This document shows positions 36,599-45,153 of a stretch of DNA of 64,000 nt, piece by piece. The stretch's first letter is position 1, and each line of letters opens with the position of its first letter. The DNA is taken from NCBI GenBank assembly GCA_963790805.1, contig CAWBPL010000002.1, positions 128,696-192,695 on the forward strand. Direction: 5' to 3'. Origin of the DNA: Candidatus Gottesmanbacteria bacterium. Lineage in GTDB: Bacteria > Patescibacteriota > Microgenomatia > UBA10105 > UBA927. The notes beneath the pieces were generated by a model. The model saw nothing but the letters and a program-made list of their open reading frames with translations. It was not told the DNA's origin and did not search any database. The position numbers were made by a program, and so were the translations under genes.

Positions 36599-37861
36599 TT
36601 ATTCTATCGTATACATGGAGATATTTTTAAGCGTTTCTACCGCTTCGCTTAATCTCCATTTATCCGAACTATAGAGTGTACATAGTATATCATTCTTGTC
36701 TACCTCTTCATCAAGTTTCATATTAAGATAAATGCCGGCGGTTTTGTCATTCGGACATCCCAAAATCCGGCCGATCACCGTAATCTGCTGGTTGTTCATG
36801 GCATGAATTCTTCCTTTCTTCCAAGCGTGTACTTCGTACCGGTGGCTGGCGAGTTTGAGATCGTGTGAACAGACGTCAGGATTGCCGCCCTGACTGGAAA
36901 CAATTTCCCGCATTTTCTCAAGCGCCTTACCGGATAAGAGAATCTGGCGCGCAACATCCTCGCCGATTAAACGATTTTTATCAAGCGTATCCGCGTAGCA
37001 AAGATCAAGGAGTTTTCCGGCTAAACGAAGCGCTTTTTCCTCAAGTGCAAGCGGCCTGTCTTTATGCTGTTCCAGTACCTGCAGTACGTCGCGCGCCTCA
37101 AGAAGCGGACCGATGCCCCTTCCGGCATTCTGACGGATTTCCGTACTGTCGACGATAACTTTTATCCCGAAGCGTTTCGCCAGAAAAATAAATTTTTTCG
37201 CAATCACTTCCGAATCTTTAAAGTGCTGAATTTTCATCGTGGGACCTACGGGAATGTCCAGTACCAGATGCGTGGCGCCGGATGCCACCTTTTTTGCCAT
37301 AATGGAAACGATAATTTTATCGAACGACTCAAACGCCAGCGGTTGTTCCACCTGTATAAGAACGTCGTCAGCCGGAGCCAGTCCCAAATGTCCTCCCCAG
37401 ACAATACAGCCGCCGGTTTTGGCAACGAGCGATTCGATTTCTTTGGGGGTAAATGTGACGGGCGCGAGTACTTCCATGGTATCTGCTGTACCTGACGGCG
37501 AGGTAATCGCGCGCGATGACGTTTTTGGAATCTGAAATCCGGCTGCAGCAACAATCGGCACGAGGATCATGGTCGTTCTCGTTCCGGCGACGCCGCCTGT
37601 GGAATGTTTGTCGGCAACGATTCCTTTAAAATGCAGCTTGGGACCCGTTGCGACCATGGCTTTAGTCAGATGATACAGCTCCTCATCGCTGAACCCTTCG
37701 GTAAATCCGGCAGCGGCGAAATACGCCGTCAAGACCGGCCCTAACTTCTGATTTGCAATTTCATCCATGATGGAAAATATCTCATGGTATGAAAGAGATT
37801 TGCCGGTCAGCTTTTTTTTAATCGCATCGATGGCGATTTGTTTTTTTTCTTCGGATTTCAT
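36599..37861 (-). CDS. Thymidine/pyrimidine-nucleoside phosphorylase-family protein (possibly AMP phosphorylase-like)
   Basis: Contains DKHSTGGVAGTRTTMILVPIVAAAG and TSSRAITSPSGTADTMEVL. The start was set at the ATG at 37861, which forms an ATGA overlap with the sortase stop. Confidence 0.85.
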   Translation of the reverse strand: MKSEEKKQIAIDAIKKKLTGKSLSYHEIFSIMDEIANQKLGPVLTAYFAAAGFTEGFSDEELYHLTKAMVATGPKLHFKGIVADKHSTGGVAGTRTTMILVPIVAAAGFQIPKTSSRAITSPSGTADTMEVLAPVTFTPKEIESLVAKTGGCIVWGGHLGLAPADDVLIQVEQPLAFESFDKIIVSIMAKKVASGATHLVLDIPVGPTMKIQHFKDSEVIAKKFIFLAKRFGIKVIVDSTEIRQNAGRGIGPLLEARDVLQVLEQHKDRPLALEEKALRLAGKLLDLCYADTLDKNRLIGEDVARQILLSGKALEKMREIVSSQGGNPDVCSHDLKLASHRYEVHAWKKGRIHAMNNQQITVIGRILGCPNDKTAGIYLNMKLDEEVDKNDILCTLYSSDKWRLSEAVETLKNISMYTIE

Positions 37862-38604
37862 TGTGAATTTAGTCGCGCCTTTACATTTAACCGTTTCCAG
37901 AGCGTCCCCGGCGGGACACACGTTACCAGAGTCAAATACGAATCATCGTACCGCTGTTCCAGCGCAGTCAAATCGGTAGGATCAAGTACTACCATATCAT
38001 AAATAGTGTAAACGTAGTTCACCCCGTCATACGTGACATCTATATCATCACCGGCTTTTAAGGTCGGCAGGAGCGAAAAAATCGTTTTGTAGTTCGTCGG
38101 CGAATAAAATTGTGGGAGTGTTGAATGGCCGAAAACAACTGCCACGCCGTATTGACCGGGCAATCCCGTGCCGCCATAGTGCACGAGACTGTCATTGAGG
38201 TCATCGCCGCCGATCGTAACCATGGCATTTGCAATTTTCAGTTTCGGTATGGAAAGCGTATAGGTGTTAACGGGCGTTACAACGTGTTTTTGCGGCGAAG
38301 TCGGATACCAGATATTTGCATTGGTATCATCAACAGATTGCTGGGAAATAAGTCCGGTAGTCGCGCCTGCGGCATATGCGACCGGCGAGAATGAAGATGG
38401 TTTTAACACGCTCTGGGAATCAGCAACAGGAGTAATGATTTTTGAAAAAATAGCGTCGCTTGATATGGTAAATGATAAAATCGGCCAGAGCACCCAGAGA
38501 AGTATCGCAAGTCCCGATCCCATAAAAAGAAATGAAATCCCGACGGGCTTTCTTCGTATTGTCGTCGTTACTGGTGGCGCTTTTACGTACCGGTATAAAG
38601 CCAT
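37858..38604 (-). CDS. Sortase-family transpeptidase
   Basis: An N-terminal TM anchor is followed by the catalytic His (VVFGHST), the Cys in TLVTCVPPG and an Arg (KRLNVKAR). Confidence 0.85.
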   Translation of the reverse strand: MALYRYVKAPPVTTTIRRKPVGISFLFMGSGLAILLWVLWPILSFTISSDAIFSKIITPVADSQSVLKPSSFSPVAYAAGATTGLISQQSVDDTNANIWYPTSPQKHVVTPVNTYTLSIPKLKIANAMVTIGGDDLNDSLVHYGGTGLPGQYGVAVVFGHSTLPQFYSPTNYKTIFSLLPTLKAGDDIDVTYDGVNYVYTIYDMVVLDPTDLTALEQRYDDSYLTLVTCVPPGTLWKRLNVKARLNSQ

Positions 38605-38608
38605 AGCG

Positions 38609-41029
38609 TTATTGAGAAACTGCAGTTGTCACGGATATGTTGTTTTTATTTATCGGCAAACGGGCATGCGAGGGACTCAGGCGGAATGTCACGGTAACAC
38701 CCGCAATGCCCGTAACGGTTCGCAGGTACGTTTCCACATCTTTAATACTTTTTCCGGCAATATTGTTTCGGATCGACGCCGTATCGATAGTCGGCAGTGC
38801 AACGGCACTCATATTCGCAGTCGCCGTAATTTTGCCGTTTTTCAACACCCGAACATTTGAAAGCGTTATTGTCGTTTTACTCTCATTGATGACGTATCCC
38901 GCCGGCACCTTGTCAGCCGCTAAGGTCGAAAGAAGTGCCTGAATATCACTGTCGCTATATCCCACGCCCGTAATGGAAATCGTTAACTTTCCCTGAAGTT
39001 GTGTCGCTTCCTGATCGATTTCCTGACCGAAAACTTTTTCCGTCACCGTGGTTTTTATCGTGTCGTCAATGAGTTTTATGTTGCCGCCGACTGATCCTGA
39101 TAAATCCTGTTTCGCATTTCCGACTAATTCCTGCGACTCGTTGGTAACAAACGAATCATAATCCGCCCGCGTCACGACAGTCACTTGCTTACTCGTTCCG
39201 CCGGCAAACGGCTGCGCATTTCTTCCGACCGCCGTGTCAGAGCTGACATTTTTTATCGTGAATTCACTGCTTGCGGGAATATTGCTTTGCGGGCCGATGG
39301 CTACAGCCGTAGCTGCGACGTCCGCCGTCGTAAATGTGGTATTGATACCGGTCGGACTTTCGACCGACGTTGCCGACGCGACGCTAACGTCATTATCTAA
39401 TGTATATTGCAAACCGCCGGTTGAAAGAACAGTCCCTTTGCTTAACGTGAGCGGCGAATCCGACGATTTGTTATAAATCGTTATGGTTCCTTTTGCCGGA
39501 TCGCCTATGTCTTTTTTACCATTCACCGGCACTGTTTTTTCACCGGTAACCAATTTTTGCTGAGTTCTCCCCGGAATTATATTATTCTGGGCGTCAACCG
39601 TCGTCGCTGACGGATCGATGGTAATCGCCTGAGACAGATCAACCGGTCTGGGTATTTCCAGTATCGTGAGGACAGCATGGGGAAGCGTCCAGTAAAAAAT
39701 ACCAGCGATGACACACAATACAACTACGCCAAGAATAATTGGCACCATCGGCGATCGCCCTGCCATGAATCGGGATGAAAACATGCGAAAAATTCTCAAC
39801 ATTCTTCCGAAGTCTATCCGAGGTAGTGCGACAGGTGTTTTTCGGGGTTCTCCCGTTTCTTTTTCGCGCTCTTCTTCTCCCTGTTCCTGTCTCACTTGTT
39901 CCATCTGGTTTTCTTCTTCCAAAACGTCAACGTCTTTTTTAAACCCAAGCGATTCCGCATCCACCATCACGACGTTAGCATCCTGTGTTGCCTCAGACTC
40001 TGTCGACAAATCTTCCCGAACAGCTTCCTGCGCTTCAATGACTTCTTCTGCCATATCCTTTTCTTCATCAAGCGGTGATTCCTCTTTCGCATCTTCTGTA
40101 ATGGCGTCTTCTATCGCTTCATCGTTTTCCTCCTCCGGCGCAATTTCTTCTTCCACCGGCAGCTCAACGACTGGATTGTGATCCGGCGTCACAAAGGGCT
40201 CAGACGCTTCTGTTTGAACCGGCGCCTGCGCGGCGGCTTCGGCGGGAGCTTCCTCTATAGATTCGACCGCAGCCCCCAGTTCGCTTGCTCCGGCGAGCGA
40301 TATCGCATCAATGACGAATGTATTTGACATGACTTCAATTTTCGGAAAATGCAGAAAATTTACTTTGTTGGTCCATGAATGGCGAAGTAAATCGCTTTTT
40401 ATTCCTTCGAGACTTGAGACATCCGACCCGTACAGAAGAACGCGGGCCGGCAACACTTCAAGATCCGTAAAACTTTTGAGTCCTGATTCAACGCTTGCGG
40501 CGATATCCTCGTTTTTCTCAATCTCCCGAAAACCAGCAAGCGTACCGATTTTATATATGGATATGGCAATCGAGGAATTATTCATCCCCAGCAATATGAC
40601 GCTCGGAGGAACACCCTCTTCTCTTTTCAGCTTAAAAATAATCGCCTGATTGAGAGGAACAAAGCCGATGGGATTTAATTCCAATATTTTTGTAAGTTCT
40701 CTGATCTCCTTTTGAATTTCCTTTTGTATCTCTCCGGTCGGAGTCAGATAGATAGAAGGAAGGCCGAGAATCACTTTTGTTTCATCCGTAATTTTGGTTC
40801 GTTCTTCGAGTAACCCGATGAGGCGGTCGATGGCATCACTTTTACTCTGCCATGAATCCTCCACGTTCCCTGATGATTCCGAAGCGAGCAATTGAAGCCG
40901 GCCGCCCTCGCCGCCCATAGACCAGAATGAAACTGCGATACTATGAATATCAATATAGAGCGAAATGTAGACCTCGGGACGTTCTTTGCGCTTGTTAAAG
41001 AATGTATCGATGAAATCAGGCATCTTCAT
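38609..41029 (-). CDS. 806-aa fusion: N-terminal actin/FtsA/PilM-like domain, acidic linker, one TM segment, extracytoplasmic baseplate-J-like beta-rich domain (tentative)
   Basis: The N-terminal ~260 aa has an ASKHA-like pattern (ISLYIDIHSIAVSFW, VILGLPS, GFVPLNQA). An E/A-rich linker spans aa ~265-400. The TM segment is MVPIILGVVVLCVIAGIFYW. The C-terminal segment AKGTITIYNKSSDSPLTLSKGTVLSTGGLQYTL...AIGPQSNIPA resembles baseplate J/gp47-family proteins. There is no LPXTG motif. Confidence 0.55.
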   Translation of the reverse strand: MKMPDFIDTFFNKRKERPEVYISLYIDIHSIAVSFWSMGGEGGRLQLLASESSGNVEDSWQSKSDAIDRLIGLLEERTKITDETKVILGLPSIYLTPTGEIQKEIQKEIRELTKILELNPIGFVPLNQAIIFKLKREEGVPPSVILLGMNNSSIAISIYKIGTLAGFREIEKNEDIAASVESGLKSFTDLEVLPARVLLYGSDVSSLEGIKSDLLRHSWTNKVNFLHFPKIEVMSNTFVIDAISLAGASELGAAVESIEEAPAEAAAQAPVQTEASEPFVTPDHNPVVELPVEEEIAPEEENDEAIEDAITEDAKEESPLDEEKDMAEEVIEAQEAVREDLSTESEATQDANVVMVDAESLGFKKDVDVLEEENQMEQVRQEQGEEEREKETGEPRKTPVALPRIDFGRMLRIFRMFSSRFMAGRSPMVPIILGVVVLCVIAGIFYWTLPHAVLTILEIPRPVDLSQAITIDPSATTVDAQNNIIPGRTQQKLVTGEKTVPVNGKKDIGDPAKGTITIYNKSSDSPLTLSKGTVLSTGGLQYTLDNDVSVASATSVESPTGINTTFTTADVAATAVAIGPQSNIPASSEFTIKNVSSDTAVGRNAQPFAGGTSKQVTVVTRADYDSFVTNESQELVGNAKQDLSGSVGGNIKLIDDTIKTTVTEKVFGQEIDQEATQLQGKLTISITGVGYSDSDIQALLSTLAADKVPAGYVINESKTTITLSNVRVLKNGKITATANMSAVALPTIDTASIRNNIAGKSIKDVETYLRTVTGIAGVTVTFRLSPSHARLPINKNNISVTTAVSQ

Positions 41030-41080
41030 ACGGTAAATACGGGAGAATCCTTCCGTACTTCCATACTAACAATCGAGGCG

Positions 41081-41255
41081 CTTCAAAGCAAACCGAAGAA
41101 ACGGTAGCGCTGTCGGTCGTCTTGCCGTGATTCTCGCATCGTCAAAGTCCAGATCGTTTTTCTCTCCATATGTTTTTCATTGCCAAGGCCGTGACGATAG
41201 CTCGAAACGGCAAGCCTCCCCGCGCTACCTGAATCAACATTAAAGGCTATTGAAG
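41081..41255. ncRNA. Candidate rod-shaped structured RNA (175 nt, four nested perfect helices); identity and strand unknown
   Basis: H0 pairs 41081..41089 with 41246..41255 (9 bp plus 1 bulge). H1 is GGTAGCGC 41103..41110 with GCGCTACC 41222..41229. H2 is CTTGCCGT 41121..41128 with ACGGCAAG 41207..41214. H3 is ATCGTCA 41138..41144 with TGACGAT 41192..41198. The apical 47 nt are A/U-rich. It lies in a 372-nt gap with no ORF of 60 aa or more over 41030..41265. Confidence 0.35.
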
Positions 41256-41401
41256 GGATCCCGATTTACGTTTTTTCGTCGCTCACGAATGCTACCCAAG
41301 GTATTGGAGATTTCAGAAAAGGTAATAATGGGAAAAGAAGATGAGATAAGTCAGAAGGATAGATGCGGTGAGGACGAAAAAATGCAAAACGGGAGCCTGA
41401 A

Positions 41402-43234
41402 TTATTTTCCCACCACCGCGTAAATTCTGCGGATGCCGCTTCCTGAGGATTCTTCCTTAAGGATTTTAAAGGTACCGAGTGCACCGGTATGCGTCACGTG
41501 CGGCCCGCCGCAAAATTCAGCGGAATAGAATTTTTTCGGATCGCCGACAAAATATACGCTCACTTTTTCCGGATACTTCTGCCCGAATTCCATCTGGGCG
41601 CCTATTTTTTCCGCCTTTTCCCGATCCATAACGACACGGGTAACAGGAATGTCTTCGGAAATTTTTTTATTCACCAGTTCTTCAACATTTTTCATCTCCT
41701 GCGGCGTCAGCTTCCGCGCAAAATTAAAATCCATACGGAGACGCTCGGCGGTAATGTTACTCCCCCTTTGCTTAACGGACGGATCCACGATTTGCTGCAA
41801 TGCCGCTAAGAGAAGATGATGTGCCGTATGGAGTTTTGTCGTATCTTCGCTGTGATCCGCAAGCCCGCCTTTAAACATGCCTTTTGCTGCAGTCCGAGAT
41901 AATTCCTGATGTTTTTTAAATTCCTCTTCGAATTGTTTCCGGTCTATTTTTTGGCCCCTGCCGGTCGCAATTTCTTCGGATAACTCCCACGGAAATCCGT
42001 AGGTTTCATATAAAACAAACGCCTGTTTTCCGTCAATCGAAGATAGTTTCTCAATTTCTTTAGAACCTTTTTCTATCGTTTTTGCAAACCGCTGGGCCTC
42101 CTCCGTCAACGTCATAAGAGTTGTCTGTTGTTTTTGTGCGACCTCCGGATAGGCTAATTTGTAAATTGCGGCAACCGGCTCCACGAGCGGACCGATAAAC
42201 CCCCAATCATTCATCATGCCTAAATTTTTTGCGTGAAGCATCGAGCGGCGAATGAGTCTTCGCAACACATATCCTTGCTGTTTATTACTCGGCAACACCC
42301 CCTCAGTAATCATCATGACCGCCGCTTTGATATGGTCAGCAATGATGCGCATTGATCTGGTTTCTTTATCGTTTTGACCATACGTCTTCTTTGACATTTT
42401 TTCGAGTTTCGAAATAATCGGATTAAATAAATCGGTTGTAAAAATATCAGGGTTTGATATTGTCGCGGCTGTCATACGTTCCAGTCCTCCGCCGAAATCC
42501 ACGTTTTTCTGCGCCAATTCTTTAATTGAACCGTCTTTTTGTTTTTGATACTGCATGAAAACGGAATTTGCAATTTCCAAAAACCTTCCGCAGTCGCAGT
42601 TGGGGTGACATTTCTGGTTTTTAAACGGTGAATGCTCGTGTAACTTGAGTTCGGTGCCGAAATCGTAAAACACTTCGCTATCCGGTCCGCCCGGTTCTCC
42701 GGGAGGCATATTCGCAGGCTCGCCGGATCTACTCCACCAGTTTTTTTTGGCAGGATAAGCAAATATCCGCTCGTTTTCGCGGGCATCAATGCCGGCGCCG
42801 GAAAATATTTCTTTCCAGATATTTATCGATACCGTATCTTTTGGTACCGATTCGTTTCCTTCAAAAACTGAAACATATAACCGTTTCGGATCCAAACCTA
42901 ATTCTTTCGTGAGAAATTCAAAATTCCACGGCAACTGTTCTTTTTTGAAATAATCTCCGAGCGACCAGTTCCCGAGCATCTCAAAAAACGTTGTGTGCCT
43001 GTTGTCTCCTACTTCGTCAATATCCTGCGCCCGAAACGACTTTTGACTGTCAACCAAACGCTTTCCTAAAGGATGCGGCGCTCCCAACAGATATGAAATA
43101 AGTGGTTGCATTCCGCTTGAAGTAAATAGTGTGGTCGGATCGTTTTCCGGCACCAGACTTGCTGAGGGGATTTCTTTATGTCCCCGTTTCATAAAGAACG
43201 CCAGATACTTACTTCGTACTTCATTGGATTTCAT
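41402..43234 (-). CDS. alaS: Alanine--tRNA ligase, short form (catalytic + editing domains, no C-Ala domain)
   Basis: The N-terminus is MKSNEVRSKYLAFFMKRGHKEIPSASLVP. Editing-domain motifs are TAHHLLLAAL and FCGGPHV. The protein ends at ...GIRRIYAVVGK, the normal end of the editing domain. Confidence 0.95.
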   Translation of the reverse strand: MKSNEVRSKYLAFFMKRGHKEIPSASLVPENDPTTLFTSSGMQPLISYLLGAPHPLGKRLVDSQKSFRAQDIDEVGDNRHTTFFEMLGNWSLGDYFKKEQLPWNFEFLTKELGLDPKRLYVSVFEGNESVPKDTVSINIWKEIFSGAGIDARENERIFAYPAKKNWWSRSGEPANMPPGEPGGPDSEVFYDFGTELKLHEHSPFKNQKCHPNCDCGRFLEIANSVFMQYQKQKDGSIKELAQKNVDFGGGLERMTAATISNPDIFTTDLFNPIISKLEKMSKKTYGQNDKETRSMRIIADHIKAAVMMITEGVLPSNKQQGYVLRRLIRRSMLHAKNLGMMNDWGFIGPLVEPVAAIYKLAYPEVAQKQQTTLMTLTEEAQRFAKTIEKGSKEIEKLSSIDGKQAFVLYETYGFPWELSEEIATGRGQKIDRKQFEEEFKKHQELSRTAAKGMFKGGLADHSEDTTKLHTAHHLLLAALQQIVDPSVKQRGSNITAERLRMDFNFARKLTPQEMKNVEELVNKKISEDIPVTRVVMDREKAEKIGAQMEFGQKYPEKVSVYFVGDPKKFYSAEFCGGPHVTHTGALGTFKILKEESSGSGIRRIYAVVGK

Positions 43235-43303
43235 AGTTTGAATTATACATGATATAGGCGAAATTCATAAAAGGGAATATAATAAAGCTGCCAGATACAG
43301 TGT

Positions 43304-43768
43304 ATGACAGATTACGAATCAAAAAACCAACTTACGTCCCGCGGAAAATTTCTTCAGTACGACGTGTTTGAAGCGCCAAGCGGTACGGTCGCAAAGCTCG
43401 TCCATCCGGCGGATAAAGAAGTAAAACCCGGCGAAATAGTTTTTGTGGATCCGAAAATAAATACTTTTTCTTTGGGAACGAGGGAAAGTGCTGTTTTTAT
43501 AACATTAACAAACGGTAAATTATTTATGGGCCACACCATCGATATCAATTTGCCGCTTGAACAAAAAGTAATTATTCGGCAATCGATCGGCGTATTGGTC
43601 GGCGGAACGAGGACGCCCGTTGATTACGTTGCCGGAATTACGGACGCCGGCGTCATTACGTTTTATCACCCTGCGACCGCACAGGACGAAGAGACAGTAT
43701 TCAGTTTATGTTTCACGGAGGGATCAAAAATTATTTTTGACTGGACGATAAAACGTAAAATTCTTTAA
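43304..43768 (+). CDS. Hypothetical protein (154 aa)
   Basis: An intact ORF on the opposite strand to its neighbours. No motif recognised. Confidence 0.45.
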   Translation: MTDYESKNQLTSRGKFLQYDVFEAPSGTVAKLVHPADKEVKPGEIVFVDPKINTFSLGTRESAVFITLTNGKLFMGHTIDINLPLEQKVIIRQSIGVLVGGTRTPVDYVAGITDAGVITFYHPATAQDEETVFSLCFTEGSKIIFDWTIKRKIL

Positions 43769-43774
43769 AGAGAT

Positions 43775-44167
43775 CTACCGTTTTTTGGTGGGGATATTTT
43801 TAAAACGTTTCCGAAGTTCCGCCGTTGTCTGTTGACCCTGAGCCTGAAGTTCTTCTATGTGGGCAAGCGCCGAATCGAGTTTTTCCGTCGCTGTCTCCGT
43901 GAGTTGTTCCTTTTTTTCTTCGACTGTTTCGATAACCTGTTCTTTAATTTCTTCACCCTTCTCTACCAGATCTTCACCCTTTTTTTCTAAATCGGCAATC
44001 TGATCACCCAAGTTATCAATGAGGTCATCACTTTTTTCTTTCAGCTCTTTTCCTACCTTTTTGCCTTCTTTTGTACCTAGAACAAAGATAATAAAAGCTC
44101 CGATGAGTCCTCCTAAAAATAACCCGATAAAAAATTTAAAATCTCCGTGGCCGCGATCGTCACTCAT
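43775..44167 (-). CDS. YtxH-like protein (Gly-zipper TM plus charged coiled coil)
   Basis: FFIGLFLGGLIGAFIIFVLGTKEGKKVGKELKEKSDDL is a typical YtxH domain. Confidence 0.75.
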   Translation of the reverse strand: MSDDRGHGDFKFFIGLFLGGLIGAFIIFVLGTKEGKKVGKELKEKSDDLIDNLGDQIADLEKKGEDLVEKGEEIKEQVIETVEEKKEQLTETATEKLDSALAHIEELQAQGQQTTAELRKRFKNIPTKKR

Positions 44168-44423
44168 GATGATGTTCTCCCTTTGATTTAAGAGACGTAA
44201 TAAATGAAATGCCGGTGCGGATTCCGTTCATGAATCCGGACACATGTTCGACACCTTCACTGAATCTGCCCGTTACTTTACCGGCATCATCAAGCATTTT
44301 ATTGGTCTTTTGTACGGATAATCGAAATTCGTTAAGAATACGGGAGACTTGAATACCGATAACCACGAGAAGAATGGTCAGAACAATACTTATGCCAATA
44401 ATGGTAAGTGCAATTGGGTCCAT
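44160..44423 (-). CDS. DUF948-like membrane protein
   Basis: An N-terminal TM segment is followed by ILNEFRLSVQKTNKMLDDAGKVT. It has the usual DUF948-YtxH pairing with an 8-nt overlap. Confidence 0.7.
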   Translation of the reverse strand: MDPIALTIIGISIVLTILLVVIGIQVSRILNEFRLSVQKTNKMLDDAGKVTGRFSEGVEHVSGFMNGIRTGISFITSLKSKGEHHHE

Positions 44424-44491
44424 GGGCAGTCCCGCTTATGCGGGATTAATGTTGGTTTAGTATCGCGCAAAATCAAACCCCTGTCAATGCG

Positions 44492-45130
44492 TTACTGTTT
44501 TAATCCAACTTCCCGCGTCACACTCGTCGACTTCCCCAAACGGCTCGTTGCCGTTATGACAATTTTATTGACTCCACTATCCAATCCCAACTGATCAAAA
44601 AACTTACCATCCCCCCGCACTAATACGCTCACCCCGTTTATAGTAACGGTTGCATCAGGATCGGTTTGTCCGAATACGTCTATATGTTTTTCGGTAACTA
44701 CCGCCTGATTCACCGGCGAATCAACAGAAAGAGCCGGCGGCTGTTGGAGAGACCGGTATTGAAATCCCAGATATGCCAGAAATAATACTATCAAGCTGAA
44801 AATAATAAGGGTGACAAACTTTCCGGGTGTTAATTGAAAAACCGAACGATTGAGCGGCTCTTCTATTCCTTTCGGAAGCAAACTGGATTTTGGGACATCG
44901 GCAATTTGGCGACGGAAAAACGCAAGTACGACGCGGCTGTCCATTCCCAAAAATTCGCTGTAGTTTTTTACGAAACCTTTCGCATACGATAGAGAAGGCA
45001 TTTTATTAAAATCGTCCGCTTCTATGGCCTCCAGAAATTTTAATCTGATTTTCGTTTCCTGTTCTACATCTGTTAATTTCAGCTGTTTTAACTGTCGGAC
45101 ATCACGAAGCATTTCTCCAACCGTTTTCAT
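44492..45130 (-). CDS. rodZ: RodZ-like cytoskeleton protein (HTH, TM and C-terminal beta domain)
   Basis: Contains VGEMLRDVRQLKQLKLTDVEQETKIRLKFLEAIEADDF...YAKGFVKNYSEFLG and a single TM segment. Confidence 0.7.
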   Translation of the reverse strand: MKTVGEMLRDVRQLKQLKLTDVEQETKIRLKFLEAIEADDFNKMPSLSYAKGFVKNYSEFLGMDSRVVLAFFRRQIADVPKSSLLPKGIEEPLNRSVFQLTPGKFVTLIIFSLIVLFLAYLGFQYRSLQQPPALSVDSPVNQAVVTEKHIDVFGQTDPDATVTINGVSVLVRGDGKFFDQLGLDSGVNKIVITATSRLGKSTSVTREVGLKQ

Positions 45131-45153
45131 AGTTTAAGAAGTAAACGGAACAA

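Noticed and set aside
41030-41401. I considered RNase P RNA, tmRNA, SRP RNA or a T-box as the identity of the structured region.
   Set aside because: Short matches exist (AAAGTCC, AGCAAACCG, GCCAAGGC..TGACG), but they are in the wrong order for RNase P. There is no GNRA-capped helix 8 for SRP and no tRNA-like T-arm or tag ORF for tmRNA. The region lies downstream of alaS, not upstream. I therefore left it as an unassigned candidate ncRNA.
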